Positions 54,549 to 64,000 of a stretch of DNA of 64,000 bases are shown in pieces (position 1 is the first letter of the stretch; every line of letters starts with the position of its first letter). The stretch lies in IMG/VR virus record IMGVR_UViG_3300043436_001089. One strand, 5' to 3'. Both the position numbers and the translations under genes were made by a program. The notes below the pieces were generated by a model, which was not told the DNA's origin, did no database searches, and saw only the letters and a list, made by a program, of their open reading frames with translations. This stretch comes from a virus. Taxonomy: Duplodnaviria > Heunggongvirae > Uroviricota > Caudoviricetes.

Positions 54549-54928
54549 TAAACTTTTACTTCTTCTTGTATTAGTGCTTTAACCATTTCAATCTTGTTGA
54601 TATAGTTATCCATTGTAGTTCGCATCTCAACCACGATATCGTTGATAGTAGGATGCTTTTCGCACAAGGCTTGTAATTCTTGTTCTTCAAACATCTTCTT
54701 TTCTGCCCACTTGAGAATGCTAATAGCATTTGATGATAGATTAACGGTAGCCTGACCACCACCTATAGTCATCCAATGACTACCATCATAGACCTTCATC
54801 TGTTGAGTACTAGGATCATAACTCATTGCACCTACCATAGGCTGATTACTAGACATATTGATATAAGGCTGAGCACCTTTGTTACTAATAACATTTAGGT
54901 ACTCACCACCAATTACGTAGTCAATCAT
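54548..54928 (-). CDS. Hypothetical protein
   Basis: 126-aa ORF. Confidence 0.4.
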   Translation of the reverse strand: MIDYVIGGEYLNVISNKGAQPYINMSSNQPMVGAMSYDPSTQQMKVYDGSHWMTIGGGQATVNLSSNAISILKWAEKKMFEEQELQALCEKHPTINDIVVEMRTTMDNYINKIEMVKALIQEEVKV

Positions 54929-55656
54929 TTTGCTTGTGCGGGCAACAAGTAGCGATATGTAGCTAGACCACTATCAACTGTGATTTCAACTGCTCCCGCA
55001 TCACTGATGCGAACAGTCTTGTCACCGGGAAGATCCATGATCGCTTGGAATACTTTGACAGGCCACTTGTGCGGCTTAGCCAATGTACCTGCGACACCTG
55101 AGTGAAACACGAAGTTACCTGAGTGAGTTGACGGGTCACCGAAGTATACCTTCAAGTCACCGTTCTCGGTCTTAGTAGCAAAGTTTTGTTCTTCACTGTT
55201 TGCACTAGCTTGCTTCTTTAGTCGCTGAATGCCTGCAATAGTAGGACTGAACTCAACGTTCCAAGACGCACCTTTGAAAGTAACAGTCTTGACACGTTCG
55301 TCCACGATTGACTTAGCCATCAAACGATAGTCGTTAATGAAGTCACCGTTTTTAGTTTCAAAGTGAATTGCGCTTGGTACATCTGCGCCATCACGTTGAG
55401 TTTGAGTGACATTGATCTTGGCATCAGTACCATAGTCATCAAAGCCCAAGATTGTTTTTAGCTTGCTTAAGTTAGGCATACCGAATGTGCCGATAAACTC
55501 TGCAATAGGTGCGTTCAATGTTCCGCTTACAACAACACTCTTGTCTTCTGCAATAGCATTGATTTGTGTCTCTTTGTCAGTACCTGTGATTTTAATCAAA
55601 TCAATAACACCTAGACCATGTGTGTATTGAATCAAGTCTTGTAAATTATCTTTCAT
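54925..55656 (-). CDS. Hypothetical protein, possible sliding-clamp (gp45-like) by position and size
   Basis: 243 aa, immediately downstream of the DNA polymerase gene. No motif proof. Confidence 0.3.
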   Translation of the reverse strand: MKDNLQDLIQYTHGLGVIDLIKITGTDKETQINAIAEDKSVVVSGTLNAPIAEFIGTFGMPNLSKLKTILGFDDYGTDAKINVTQTQRDGADVPSAIHFETKNGDFINDYRLMAKSIVDERVKTVTFKGASWNVEFSPTIAGIQRLKKQASANSEEQNFATKTENGDLKVYFGDPSTHSGNFVFHSGVAGTLAKPHKWPVKVFQAIMDLPGDKTVRISDAGAVEITVDSGLATYRYLLPAQAK

Positions 55657-55736
55657 GTTTTTCCTTTGTATAATAACTATTTAGGTAGTTCTTCAGCGTA
55701 TTATAGTGGAATATAATACGCTTGTCAACGACCTGT

Positions 55737-58454
55737 TTAACCGAATGTGAATAAATCATCAAATGTTGAATTCGTGTCAGTGTTTGAACGTATGTCCCAA
55801 TCTAGCACACCCAACAAGTTATCAATCTTTTCATCAACTAGAGTCTTTTCCATTTCTTTGTCATCAAATGGTAGCTCAACAAACCACTGTGGTAGTCTGA
55901 GTTCATCAGTAGGGTATGCGATTGAAGTAAATCCTAAGGGATTAGGTTTCAACTTACACACAATAACCTTCATACCATCAACAATCTTTTGACTATATTG
56001 ATCTCCGTTAACTCTGCGCAAGTAGTTATAGTTAAGTGCGGCTCTTACGTGACCGGGCATGTTTGCTTTGCCCGTCGAACTCTTTTCTTCTTTCTCACCG
56101 TAACTTGTTAATTTGTTAACACCTTTAGGTGAGCCTTTAGTCCAACTATCTTGTGCTGCCAAGACACGTTTAAAAGTTTTGACAACTTCAATAACTTCGT
56201 CACGACCCTTACCTTGCTGAATAACCATTTGTAGTACGTTCATTAAAAACTCTTGTACATACTTAGGTGTATCCGCACGTTTCAAGTCAAGACCCATCGC
56301 TTTGATATCGCCCATCTTACCATCTTTATCTTTACGTTTGCCTTCTTTATCAAAGATATTGATAGCATAACGCTTTTTAGTAATAAAGATACTACGATCA
56401 CCGATCAATTCACGACCTGCTTTGATAATCTCACCGTTCTTACGAGGTGCATGAAATGCTTTCTCCATGAACTGGGGGAATGACTCGTTAGCCTGATCTG
56501 CTATACTATCGTACAATCCAATGCACAACTCTTTGTCCCACTTCAGTTCACCTTTAGCAACCTGATCTTTGAGAATAGGCCATGCACTGAAATAACAAGA
56601 GTCAGTGTCGCCATAAACAATAGCTTCACCTTCGTGCGTATACTCGCCCGCAACACATTCGTTAATCTGACTCATCATGTGCTTAACAATCTGACGACCA
56701 CTTAGTGTAACTGATTGACCGATACGCTTGTCATAGAAACGACAGTGTTCATTCAGCAATGCACCATACGCAGAGTTCAACAAAATCTTACGAACTAGTT
56801 GACGCTTATCCCAATACTCTTTGTCAGTGTCAGTAGTTGCCTCTTTTAATTTCTTTTGCATTGTTTTACGATCACTGTACCAACGTGTGAGTAGACCAGG
56901 AATCACGCCCTCTTTCTCATACGTAAAGATTGTACCGTTCGCACTTAGCATATAAGGCTTGTGACTATCAAAGATCATCTTCCAGATTTCTGCGGCAGAC
57001 ATTTCTACACTGCGACCATCTTCAAAGTCAACAGTAAGAATAGTACCACGTTCTTGACTCATGATAGCTGTGTACTCTAATGCACCAAACAAACCTTCCC
57101 ATAAAATAGCACCTTCAACTGCATCATCGCCATCTTTGTAGCGTTTCTTTTCCATTGCAAGTTTGAGGCCCTTTTCATGCATGTACTTTTCAGTTAATGT
57201 TTGTCTGACTTGGGCAACGATTGTTTCTGGTGCCATGTTGAGGGCACGAATAACCGAGGGATAGAGCGAGTTAATATCGACTGCTCCGACCCATTCATGC
57301 ATGCCTCTTTTCGGAGTAGCAACGAAGGCACCTGCTGCCTGCTGGACATCTTCTTCATTTTCAACCTTTCGTTTTTTATCAGGAACCACTAATCCACGTT
57401 CATGAGATTCATTCATGATAGCCATTTCAATCATAGCTACTGAACCCATAACTGTCGGCAATAGCACAGTATTTTCATGTGCTAGTTGATTTGCCAATTC
57501 TAAAAACTTAAGCTTGTTGTGAATTTTCACTAACAACAATGTATCTTGTCTATTGTATTCAATGAACTTTTTAAAGTCTTGATTATACAATTGGTCAAGT
57601 GTACCTTCATACTGAGTCTTGTTCTCACCTACTTCCATCTCACCGATAGAATCTAGTTTGTAACTATGACGGCTTTCATAGTTGTACTTTTTATACAACT
57701 GTAAATAGTCCATATGAATACGACCCACCAAGTCATATGTCATTTCAACCTTACCGAATCGTTCATATTCTCTAGGCTTAGGTAGTTGACCCATCAAGCA
57801 AAACTTGCGTGTGTCATCTTTACTCATTACTCTAGTAACACGATTGACCATGTAGGGAATATCATAGCCCTCTGAGTTCCAGCCTGTCATCACATCAGCA
57901 TCTTCAATCAACTGAAAGAACACATCAAACATGTCCTTCTCATTTTTGAATAGCATTGTATTTTCAAACTGACTTACAATCTCATTTGCTGTATCATCTG
58001 TCATGTGCTTAGGTGCAATAACAAGAGTGACACACTGATCTAACCAATCCAAGTAACAACTAATCGCAGTTACAGGATTGAATGGATCGCTAGTAGGACT
58101 AAAACCTTTCTCAGGATCAAAGTCTACTTCAATGTCAAAGAAGCAGGTATGAAGCTTAGGTGCGTCAATGCCAAGATAGTTTTCACTAAGACACCTGAAC
58201 ACAACGTTAACATCACTCTCAAATAATTTCTTACCTGAGTGAATCCTACGTTCCTTTTCAAATTCAGTGCGCTTGCGAGTGCTGAATCTTGATACAGAGT
58301 CATTGTAAATACTACGATGTTTACCCTTAGGGTCAGCGTAGTAAAGAACGTAGTTCGTAGGAAACTCTTTGTATTCACGCTTGCCCTCAGGTGATCGTTC
58401 TACTACGTAGATACGATCTTCATCCCTGCTGTGGATAGCGTCAACGTAGCTCAA
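55737..58454 (-). CDS. DNA polymerase, family B (T4 gp43-like)
   Basis: Exo I motif FFDIEVDF. Pol motifs DINSLYPS, KILLNSAYG and YGDTDS. 905 aa. Confidence 0.9.
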   Translation of the reverse strand: MSYVDAIHSRDEDRIYVVERSPEGKREYKEFPTNYVLYYADPKGKHRSIYNDSVSRFSTRKRTEFEKERRIHSGKKLFESDVNVVFRCLSENYLGIDAPKLHTCFFDIEVDFDPEKGFSPTSDPFNPVTAISCYLDWLDQCVTLVIAPKHMTDDTANEIVSQFENTMLFKNEKDMFDVFFQLIEDADVMTGWNSEGYDIPYMVNRVTRVMSKDDTRKFCLMGQLPKPREYERFGKVEMTYDLVGRIHMDYLQLYKKYNYESRHSYKLDSIGEMEVGENKTQYEGTLDQLYNQDFKKFIEYNRQDTLLLVKIHNKLKFLELANQLAHENTVLLPTVMGSVAMIEMAIMNESHERGLVVPDKKRKVENEEDVQQAAGAFVATPKRGMHEWVGAVDINSLYPSVIRALNMAPETIVAQVRQTLTEKYMHEKGLKLAMEKKRYKDGDDAVEGAILWEGLFGALEYTAIMSQERGTILTVDFEDGRSVEMSAAEIWKMIFDSHKPYMLSANGTIFTYEKEGVIPGLLTRWYSDRKTMQKKLKEATTDTDKEYWDKRQLVRKILLNSAYGALLNEHCRFYDKRIGQSVTLSGRQIVKHMMSQINECVAGEYTHEGEAIVYGDTDSCYFSAWPILKDQVAKGELKWDKELCIGLYDSIADQANESFPQFMEKAFHAPRKNGEIIKAGRELIGDRSIFITKKRYAINIFDKEGKRKDKDGKMGDIKAMGLDLKRADTPKYVQEFLMNVLQMVIQQGKGRDEVIEVVKTFKRVLAAQDSWTKGSPKGVNKLTSYGEKEEKSSTGKANMPGHVRAALNYNYLRRVNGDQYSQKIVDGMKVIVCKLKPNPLGFTSIAYPTDELRLPQWFVELPFDDKEMEKTLVDEKIDNLLGVLDWDIRSNTDTNSTFDDLFTFG

Positions 58455-58717
58455 AGTGTTTTGCCCACAGTTTCCAAGATAGTGTTGAGTTCATCGTGGT
58501 CTTTGTTAGTCTGACCGAGACTTGCTTTGTGTGCAATCTTAATTGCTTTCTTCAACGTAGAAGCTTTGATTTCCAATTCTTCTGCAACTGCCTTAACAGT
58601 ATCATTCAATCCACCGTTAAGTGTATCAATTTCATGTAGGACGGTCATGCCCTCATTGATTAGCTGTGTAAGTTTGATTTTTGCTTCGTTATTGAAAGTG
58701 CGGTTATAATCTGACAT
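58451..58717 (-). CDS. Hypothetical protein
   Basis: 88-aa ORF directly upstream of the polymerase gene. Confidence 0.4.
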   Translation of the reverse strand: MSDYNRTFNNEAKIKLTQLINEGMTVLHEIDTLNGGLNDTVKAVAEELEIKASTLKKAIKIAHKASLGQTNKDHDELNTILETVGKTL

Positions 58718-58806
58718 AGGTTCTCCTTAAATATCTAGTTAGTATAGCAGATTGTGTAGAGAAGTCAACTATTTTAGGTAACACAAAACACACACTAAAT
58801 ATTTGC

Positions 58807-60294
58807 ATGAACATAATCTTTTGGAATGGTGGAGTTGATTGGGGAGTCTCAAGGACTATCGGTCCTTATAAGGTAGCGTATTGGTTACGTAAGCACAACT
58901 ACACTTCCCAAGTAATAGACTTCATTGACTTCTTACCCGGTGATATCATTGAAAAATTAACCAGAAAGTTTATTACCAAAGACACAAAAGTTTTGGCAAT
59001 ATCAACAACCTTTCTAGCACTAGCGGTGCATACGCATTCTAATGGTAAAAAATATTGGATATCAGAAACTAATCTAGCCATACTAAAACGTATCAAGCAA
59101 GACTTCCCTGATATAAAGATAGTGCTCGGTGGGTACAAATCCGAAAAGCTTGCAGGCTTTGGGATCGTTGATGCTACGGTAATGTCATACACAACTGCAT
59201 CTGAAGAAATCTTTTTGGAATACATGAATCATTTAACTACAGGTTCAGAGCCTCCTGAATCAGTAGAATGCTGGTGGGATCCTGATAAGCGACCCGTATA
59301 CAACAAAGCTAGAAACCCAATATACAATATTGAAGTAGATGATTTCAAATGGTCTAAAGAAGACGGTATCTTACCAGGTGAGCCTTTACCACTTGACATA
59401 AGCAGAGGGTGTATCTTTGCTTGCAGATTTTGTCAGTACCCACACTTGGGTAAAAAGAAATTAGACTATATCCGTGGTATGGAGTTCTTGAAAGAAGAAA
59501 TTCTTTACAACTATGAGAATTTCGGCACTACATCATATTATATCATTGATGATACTTTCAATGATACTGAAACTAAGATGAAGGCGTTCTATGACATGAC
59601 GCAAACACTTCCGTTTAAAATAAACTATGCAAGTTATATTCGTGCAGACCTAGTATATCGTTTCCCGGATACAGCACACTATCTTAAAGAGTCGGGTTTA
59701 TACGGGGCGTTCTTTGGCCTTGAGTCATTACATCCAAGTGCTAGTAATATTGTAGGTAAAGCATGGAGTGGTAAACATGCTAGAGAATTTATTCCTGAAC
59801 TATATCATAACATCTGGGATCATCATGTACCTATTCATACTAACTTTATTGTAGGTATCACTGGTGAAACAATAGAAAGTGTTGACAGTACTGCTGATTG
59901 GTTTATTCAAAATGATTTACATAGCATAACATTTGAACGATTAGGATTGAATGGACCTGACGATGGGCCTGTGTGGTCTATTAAGTCGGAGTTTGATAAG
60001 AACTCATCCAAGTATGGATTTACAATGTTGCCCTCACAATCTAATTCAATCTTTGCTGATTGGAAGAATGATAACTGGACTAGAGATAGTGCAGGCTATC
60101 ACGCAGATAGATTGAATAAGAAGTTAGCAGACCATCGCAAAGTTGTTACATGGTCTATTCCTAATTTATTGTGGTACGGTGTAACTAAAGATGAGATTGA
60201 AAACAAACGCAGAAATGAATATCCTGCTGAATTTTTCAAACACGCTAATCGTACTAAAATTATAGAGTATTGCAAAAAGATGCTGTCAATGTAA
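58807..60294 (+). CDS. B12-binding domain radical SAM enzyme (class B)
   Basis: N-terminal Rossmann-like B12-binding region. DISRGCIFACRFCQYP is a CX3CX2C motif. 495 aa on the plus strand. Confidence 0.7.
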   Translation: MNIIFWNGGVDWGVSRTIGPYKVAYWLRKHNYTSQVIDFIDFLPGDIIEKLTRKFITKDTKVLAISTTFLALAVHTHSNGKKYWISETNLAILKRIKQDFPDIKIVLGGYKSEKLAGFGIVDATVMSYTTASEEIFLEYMNHLTTGSEPPESVECWWDPDKRPVYNKARNPIYNIEVDDFKWSKEDGILPGEPLPLDISRGCIFACRFCQYPHLGKKKLDYIRGMEFLKEEILYNYENFGTTSYYIIDDTFNDTETKMKAFYDMTQTLPFKINYASYIRADLVYRFPDTAHYLKESGLYGAFFGLESLHPSASNIVGKAWSGKHAREFIPELYHNIWDHHVPIHTNFIVGITGETIESVDSTADWFIQNDLHSITFERLGLNGPDDGPVWSIKSEFDKNSSKYGFTMLPSQSNSIFADWKNDNWTRDSAGYHADRLNKKLADHRKVVTWSIPNLLWYGVTKDEIENKRRNEYPAEFFKHANRTKIIEYCKKMLSM

Positions 60295-60879
60295 TTTATT
60301 TTCAACAATCTTCTTGACCAATGTGTGCAAGCCTGGGTTAACATGTAATGCTTGGGGCATCAATACATTGCGCACATAGTTTCGCATGTATTTGGTGTCT
60401 TGGTTGGACTCGTCTTCGATCCAAGGCACTTCATGTCTCAAACACCAACTCTTGAATTCATCTTTGCGTGTAGTTAAGAACGGGCGTAATACATTGTTAC
60501 GAGTTAATGGAATAACTTTGGCTGTGCCGTGAAGACTAGACCAAATAAATGTTTCTACACAGTCATCTAAGTGATGGCACGTGATAACCGGGCCCAACTC
60601 ATTTAAGAATTCATAACGCACTCTACGCCAATATTCTTCTTGACTTTCTTCTTTTGATTTATCACTACGAGGTGTACCAAACATCATAGGGATATTATTA
60701 TCTGTGCAATATTGGGCAACAAATTTAAATGCTTTTTGACCGTTTTCAGTACCATGATGAAAATGTGCAACGGTTACATCATGCTTTCGTTTCAGAAAGT
60801 CAACGACAGCCATACTATCAACACCACCGCTACATGCGACAGTAATTCTTTTGGGTAGAGGTACTAAAAGTTTAAGCAT
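60286..60879 (-). CDS. PP-loop ATP pyrophosphatase, TilS/MesJ-like
   Basis: VACSGGVDSMAV (SGGxDS) and VAHFHHG resemble the TilS N-terminal domain more than QueC. 197 aa. Confidence 0.6.
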   Translation of the reverse strand: MLKLLVPLPKRITVACSGGVDSMAVVDFLKRKHDVTVAHFHHGTENGQKAFKFVAQYCTDNNIPMMFGTPRSDKSKEESQEEYWRRVRYEFLNELGPVITCHHLDDCVETFIWSSLHGTAKVIPLTRNNVLRPFLTTRKDEFKSWCLRHEVPWIEDESNQDTKYMRNYVRNVLMPQALHVNPGLHTLVKKIVENKLH

Positions 60880-60904
60880 GTGCCATTATAGCACATGTTA
60901 CATT

Positions 60905-61483
60905 TTATTGAAAGATGTGATGGTTCTTTTCACCGTAAATCTTGATGTATTTACCCGCAAGCATATCGGCCATAGCTTCAATTGGGCTACCTGGATAACT
61001 TGACCCGGGTTTAATCATGTTTAATTCGTCTTGGCGTACATGTACTAGTTCGTGGAATACAGTTCGTAAAATATCTACTAAGTTTCTATTAGTAACATAT
61101 ACCCAAATTGTTCCGGCGCCAGTTGTGTGACCACCAGTGTGATGATTTGTTTGTGCTTCTTCTGTATCGGTGCTGAGTTCGATTTCAGGTATAGTTTTTA
61201 AGTTTAGTTTTTTACTAGTCCACTCAACAAACTTATTAACTTCATCTTCTATGTCAAGAGACTCAGTATCAGTTTCATCTAGTTTATTTTTTATCCAACT
61301 ATCAGGTGTATTTTTGAATTTTTTAACAAACAAATCATGCAATGCTTTACCGGTTATATGGTGCTTTTTAGCTATTGAACGCATTAAAAGGTCAATAGTA
61401 TCGTAGTCATGCTTACGCAATGAAGGTAGCTTTTTTGCTAACTCTTGCGCTGCCGATTCTGTTAAAATTTCGTCTGATATCAT
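60905..61483 (-). CDS. Hypothetical protein with HExxH motif (possible zinc peptidase)
   Basis: VFHELVHVRQDE and a His-rich segment NHHTGGHTTG. Confidence 0.4.
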   Translation of the reverse strand: MISDEILTESAAQELAKKLPSLRKHDYDTIDLLMRSIAKKHHITGKALHDLFVKKFKNTPDSWIKNKLDETDTESLDIEDEVNKFVEWTSKKLNLKTIPEIELSTDTEEAQTNHHTGGHTTGAGTIWVYVTNRNLVDILRTVFHELVHVRQDELNMIKPGSSYPGSPIEAMADMLAGKYIKIYGEKNHHIFQ

Positions 61484-61761
61484 GTTTCTTCTTGTGGAAA
61501 AATAGTAAATTGAAAATGTTCCATGAAATTATCATCGTCATCTACATACACTGTATGTGCTAGTATTCGCTGATCCTTTATCCAAGCCCTAAACAAAGCT
61601 TCTTTACCAGAAGTCATCTTTCCAGGAGATTCATCTATAGTCTCGTATTCTGCAATTTCTATCGGTGAACGAGTACGATAAACCCACTCGTGCCAACTCA
61701 TGAAATCTTTGCCGAATTCTGCGGTATAAATTATTTTCTTTTCACTCATACTATTTATCAT
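61480..61761 (-). CDS. Hypothetical protein
   Basis: 93-aa ORF. Confidence 0.4.
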   Translation of the reverse strand: MINSMSEKKIIYTAEFGKDFMSWHEWVYRTRSPIEIAEYETIDESPGKMTSGKEALFRAWIKDQRILAHTVYVDDDDNFMEHFQFTIFPQEET

Positions 61762-61858
61762 AAAATGCTCACTTTAGACTTCCGAGTAGCGAATTCGTAG
61801 ATCAACCCAGCAGCCGGGTCACACTACGGTAACTTAATACCGGTCCTAAGGTGTGTTC

Positions 61859-62542
61859 TTACCAAGAATTATCAGTTATGTCTAACTGATGTTTCTCAAA
61901 TCTCTTTAATCTATTTATGAAATCTGTAGTCTGCTCAGTAACAATTCCGGTCATTTGAAATGTTACTCTAGGGTTATGCCCTGCGTTTGCTGTAGCATGG
62001 GGGATGTTCTGCCAATCAAATGTTGTCACATCTCCTGCATGCCAAAATTGATGCATATGATTACCGTAAGACCAAAAGTGCCCCGGCTCCCAGTCTGTTA
62101 ACTGTACTTGTAACCTCATAACACGCCATGGTTCTTCAGGACACCATTTTTCTAACTTGTCTAAATGAAGATTCCAAACTTCCCCGGGCATCTGTACATG
62201 TACACGATCCATACAATCTCGTAGTCCAAATAACTCACTGATTCGCTTTAGCTTTTCAGGTATATCCCAGTTCAAGTGAGTAATTTGATAATCTTTACCG
62301 TAACCAAATTTCTCTAAGTCGTAATCTTCACTTGCTAGTTCTTCTTCAGGCCGAGTCTTCCCAACTTTGCCGCGTGTTCTCCACGTTGCAGGTTTTGCAT
62401 TTTTGATAATATCAGTTAGCTCAGGTTTAAAATCCGCTACAATTTTACCAAGTGATGTGACTTTATCTTGTTGAGAATCTAATTTGAAATTATCAAAATG
62501 ATACTTGCTACGCTTTTTTGTTTCTTCCCAATTACTTAACAT
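61859..62542 (-). CDS. Hypothetical protein (His/Trp-rich C-terminal half)
   Basis: 227 aa. HFWSYGNHMHQFWHAGD may be a metal site. Confidence 0.45.
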   Translation of the reverse strand: MLSNWEETKKRSKYHFDNFKLDSQQDKVTSLGKIVADFKPELTDIIKNAKPATWRTRGKVGKTRPEEELASEDYDLEKFGYGKDYQITHLNWDIPEKLKRISELFGLRDCMDRVHVQMPGEVWNLHLDKLEKWCPEEPWRVMRLQVQLTDWEPGHFWSYGNHMHQFWHAGDVTTFDWQNIPHATANAGHNPRVTFQMTGIVTEQTTDFINRLKRFEKHQLDITDNSW

Positions 62543-63165
62543 ATTACTGATACCTCTATATCGTTTTCTATATAACTTTGATTGTATTCTGCAGGGGGTG
62601 ACTCAATTCCGAGAATCAATGCCAACCTAGAGTTGTTATACACTCTAAATGGCTTGTGTTTGTCCATTGCGTCTTGTATGTCACTGTTTTGTTCTTCTAT
62701 AAAAGATGACATGGTGCGTAGGTCTTTGTAGTATGTATCATACTTGGGATAAGTTATATCAAAGTGGCCGCATTTTACCCACCAACCTAAACAACTATCA
62801 TTATCTCTATGAACTAATACAATTGGGCATTCAGGCCATGTTTCTTTAATGTAATTGATGTGATGTGCGAACACATGACTTTTAATAATACGGACCCCTG
62901 TACCGTCAGGTGCAAAAGCTTTATCAAACGCTTCTTCATGTTGTTCTTTAGTGTACATTGGCATTCTTAGACAGAGTTCGCCAAACTCCATACCGGGATC
63001 AAAGTATGCGCCTAAATGCATTAGTTGCATTGTGCCGCTAGCATCGTGATAATAGGTACGCTCATCACTGTAGTCTGATTGGTCTATGCTAGGGCTGTAG
63101 TAAATATTCTTTACTACACTAGACCATTTAGAGCCGGGTGCGCCGGCTACGAAAATATATTTCAT
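62536..63165 (-). CDS. Hypothetical protein
   Basis: 209 aa. The N-terminal VAGAPGSKWSS is neither a clear Walker A nor a clear sulfotransferase PSB motif. Confidence 0.4.
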   Translation of the reverse strand: MKYIFVAGAPGSKWSSVVKNIYYSPSIDQSDYSDERTYYHDASGTMQLMHLGAYFDPGMEFGELCLRMPMYTKEQHEEAFDKAFAPDGTGVRIIKSHVFAHHINYIKETWPECPIVLVHRDNDSCLGWWVKCGHFDITYPKYDTYYKDLRTMSSFIEEQNSDIQDAMDKHKPFRVYNNSRLALILGIESPPAEYNQSYIENDIEVSVIC

Positions 63166-64000
63166 TTTTTACTTAATTGTACTATGATAGGTTTAAAATT
63201 CTTTCTTAATGCTTCGGCATATACCTTAACACCTTCTGTATTTAATTGCTTTTCTTCAATCAAAATATAATTATTGTAGGCCCACTCTTTGTATTCAGGA
63301 CTTCTTATTGCTTTACTAAACTCAGATTGATACCAGTTTACTATCTCCGTAGATGTGTCAGGTGGCAAACTTACCATCCAACCAGCATAAACACTAATAC
63401 CTGGAATACTATCTTCAAGTAAAGGAGCACCTGCAATTTTTTCAGGAACTTTATCCCCAGTAAGACCTATCAATTTTACTTTTCCTGCATCAATTAATGG
63501 TCTTGCTATAGCTATTGGCATAATACCGAATTCTACTTCTTTGTCACCGGCTACCGCAGTGACTGCTTGCTGAGGTCCACCATATCTTACAGCACGAATT
63601 TTGTCTTTGTCACCTTTTGTTTTTAACATGATATATTCGTATGCCATTTGGTGTGCTCCACCACCTACAGCAATGTTTATATTTCTATGACTAGAGTGAA
63701 CTGTTGCTAAGAATTGTTGTGGGGTGTCAACTAGGCTTGATTTATTAGCTACTAGTGCTAGTGGACTTTGACCTAGCGTTACAACATTATTAAAAGAATT
63801 ATATTGAAACTTTTTTACATCTTGTTGCCAAATATCATTAGTTACAAACAAACTCATGTGACTAGGAACACTGATTGTTAAACCATTTTTCTCTGCGTTA
63901 AACAATAAGTTTTGTGAAACTACCGCATCTGCTCCGGGTTTGTTTTCAATTATGAAATTTATGCCAGGATTGTTTTTCTCTACAATACTTGATGCTTTTC
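63162..64000 (-). CDS. TctC/Bug-family periplasmic substrate-binding protein (N-terminus beyond window end)
   Basis: The ORF remains open to the window end. ...INFIIENKPGADAVV... and IAVGGGAHQMAYEY resemble TctC family blocks. The track start at 63905 is a TTG inside a longer open frame. Confidence 0.5.
   Translation of the reverse strand, partial: KASSIVEKNNPGINFIIENKPGADAVVSQNLLFNAEKNGLTISVPSHMSLFVTNDIWQQDVKKFQYNSFNNVVTLGQSPLALVANKSSLVDTPQQFLATVHSSHRNINIAVGGGAHQMAYEYIMLKTKGDKDKIRAVRYGGPQQAVTAVAGDKEVEFGIMPIAIARPLIDAGKVKLIGLTGDKVPEKIAGAPLLEDSIPGISVYAGWMVSLPPDTSTEIVNWYQSEFSKAIRSPEYKEWAYNNYILIEEKQLNTEGVKVYAEALRKNFKPIIVQLSKK

Noticed and set aside
60286-60879. Calling the PP-loop ATPase QueC to complete the preQ0 pathway
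   Set aside because: The SGGVDS plus AHFHHG pattern and the 197-aa length fit the TilS catalytic domain better than QueC. I reported it as TilS-like, with the QueC-substitute idea offered only as a hypothesis.
61762-61858. Possible tRNA gene in the intergenic gap
   Set aside because: No GTTCGAATC-type T-loop and no acceptor/anticodon stem arrangement could be fitted by eye on either strand.
1-64000. CRISPR array or integrase/transposase-type mobile elements
   Set aside because: No spaced direct repeats and no recombinase or transposase motifs were seen. The only dispersed repeat is the promoter module.

Overview
This window looks like part of a large virulent dsDNA phage genome, probably jumbo-class with a T4-like replication module, infecting a Gram-negative host. 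It is AT-rich (about 37-38% GC by eye). Almost all coding is on the minus strand as short, tightly packed genes, many of them overlapping ATGA style. There are three small plus-strand islets, at 620-1980, 12282-13329 and 38555-40470, plus one plus-strand radical SAM gene at 58807-60294. An element of about 45 bp with a perfect sigma70 consensus (TTGACA-17-TATAAT) on the minus strand recurs at least 8 times upstream of small early-type genes. I found three bidirectional intrinsic terminators.

Recognisable replication and repair genes are a family-B DNA polymerase, an ATP-dependent DNA ligase, a T4 RNase H/FEN-type 5'-3' exonuclease, the UV damage endonuclease UvsE, dCMP deaminase, an HNH endonuclease, a GIY-YIG-like nuclease and an SprT-like protease. 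There is an unusually complete proteostasis set: ClpP, ClpS, Hsp20, ClpX, DnaK and GroES.

The most interesting region is 40.4-54.5 kb. Here FolE, QueD-like, QueE and DpdA-like genes (7-deazaguanine DNA modification) are interleaved with an NAD-dependent epimerase, two glycosyltransferases, three HldE/RfaE-domain-II-like nucleotidyltransferases (one fused to a P-loop kinase, one to a cupin), a PAPS-type sulfotransferase and a second radical SAM enzyme. A B12-binding radical SAM and a TilS-like PP-loop ATPase lie nearby. No canonical QueC is visible. I interpret this as a candidate novel DNA hypermodification pathway, possibly a glycosylated and/or sulfated 7-deazaguanine.

Other accessory genes are a PBP-like DD-peptidase, a 2[4Fe-4S] ferredoxin, an SPFH lipoprotein, a partial TctC-like binding protein at the window edge, very acidic putative DNA-mimic proteins and an S/T/N-rich tandem-repeat secreted protein. 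All identifications come from motif reading by eye. I ran no database search.
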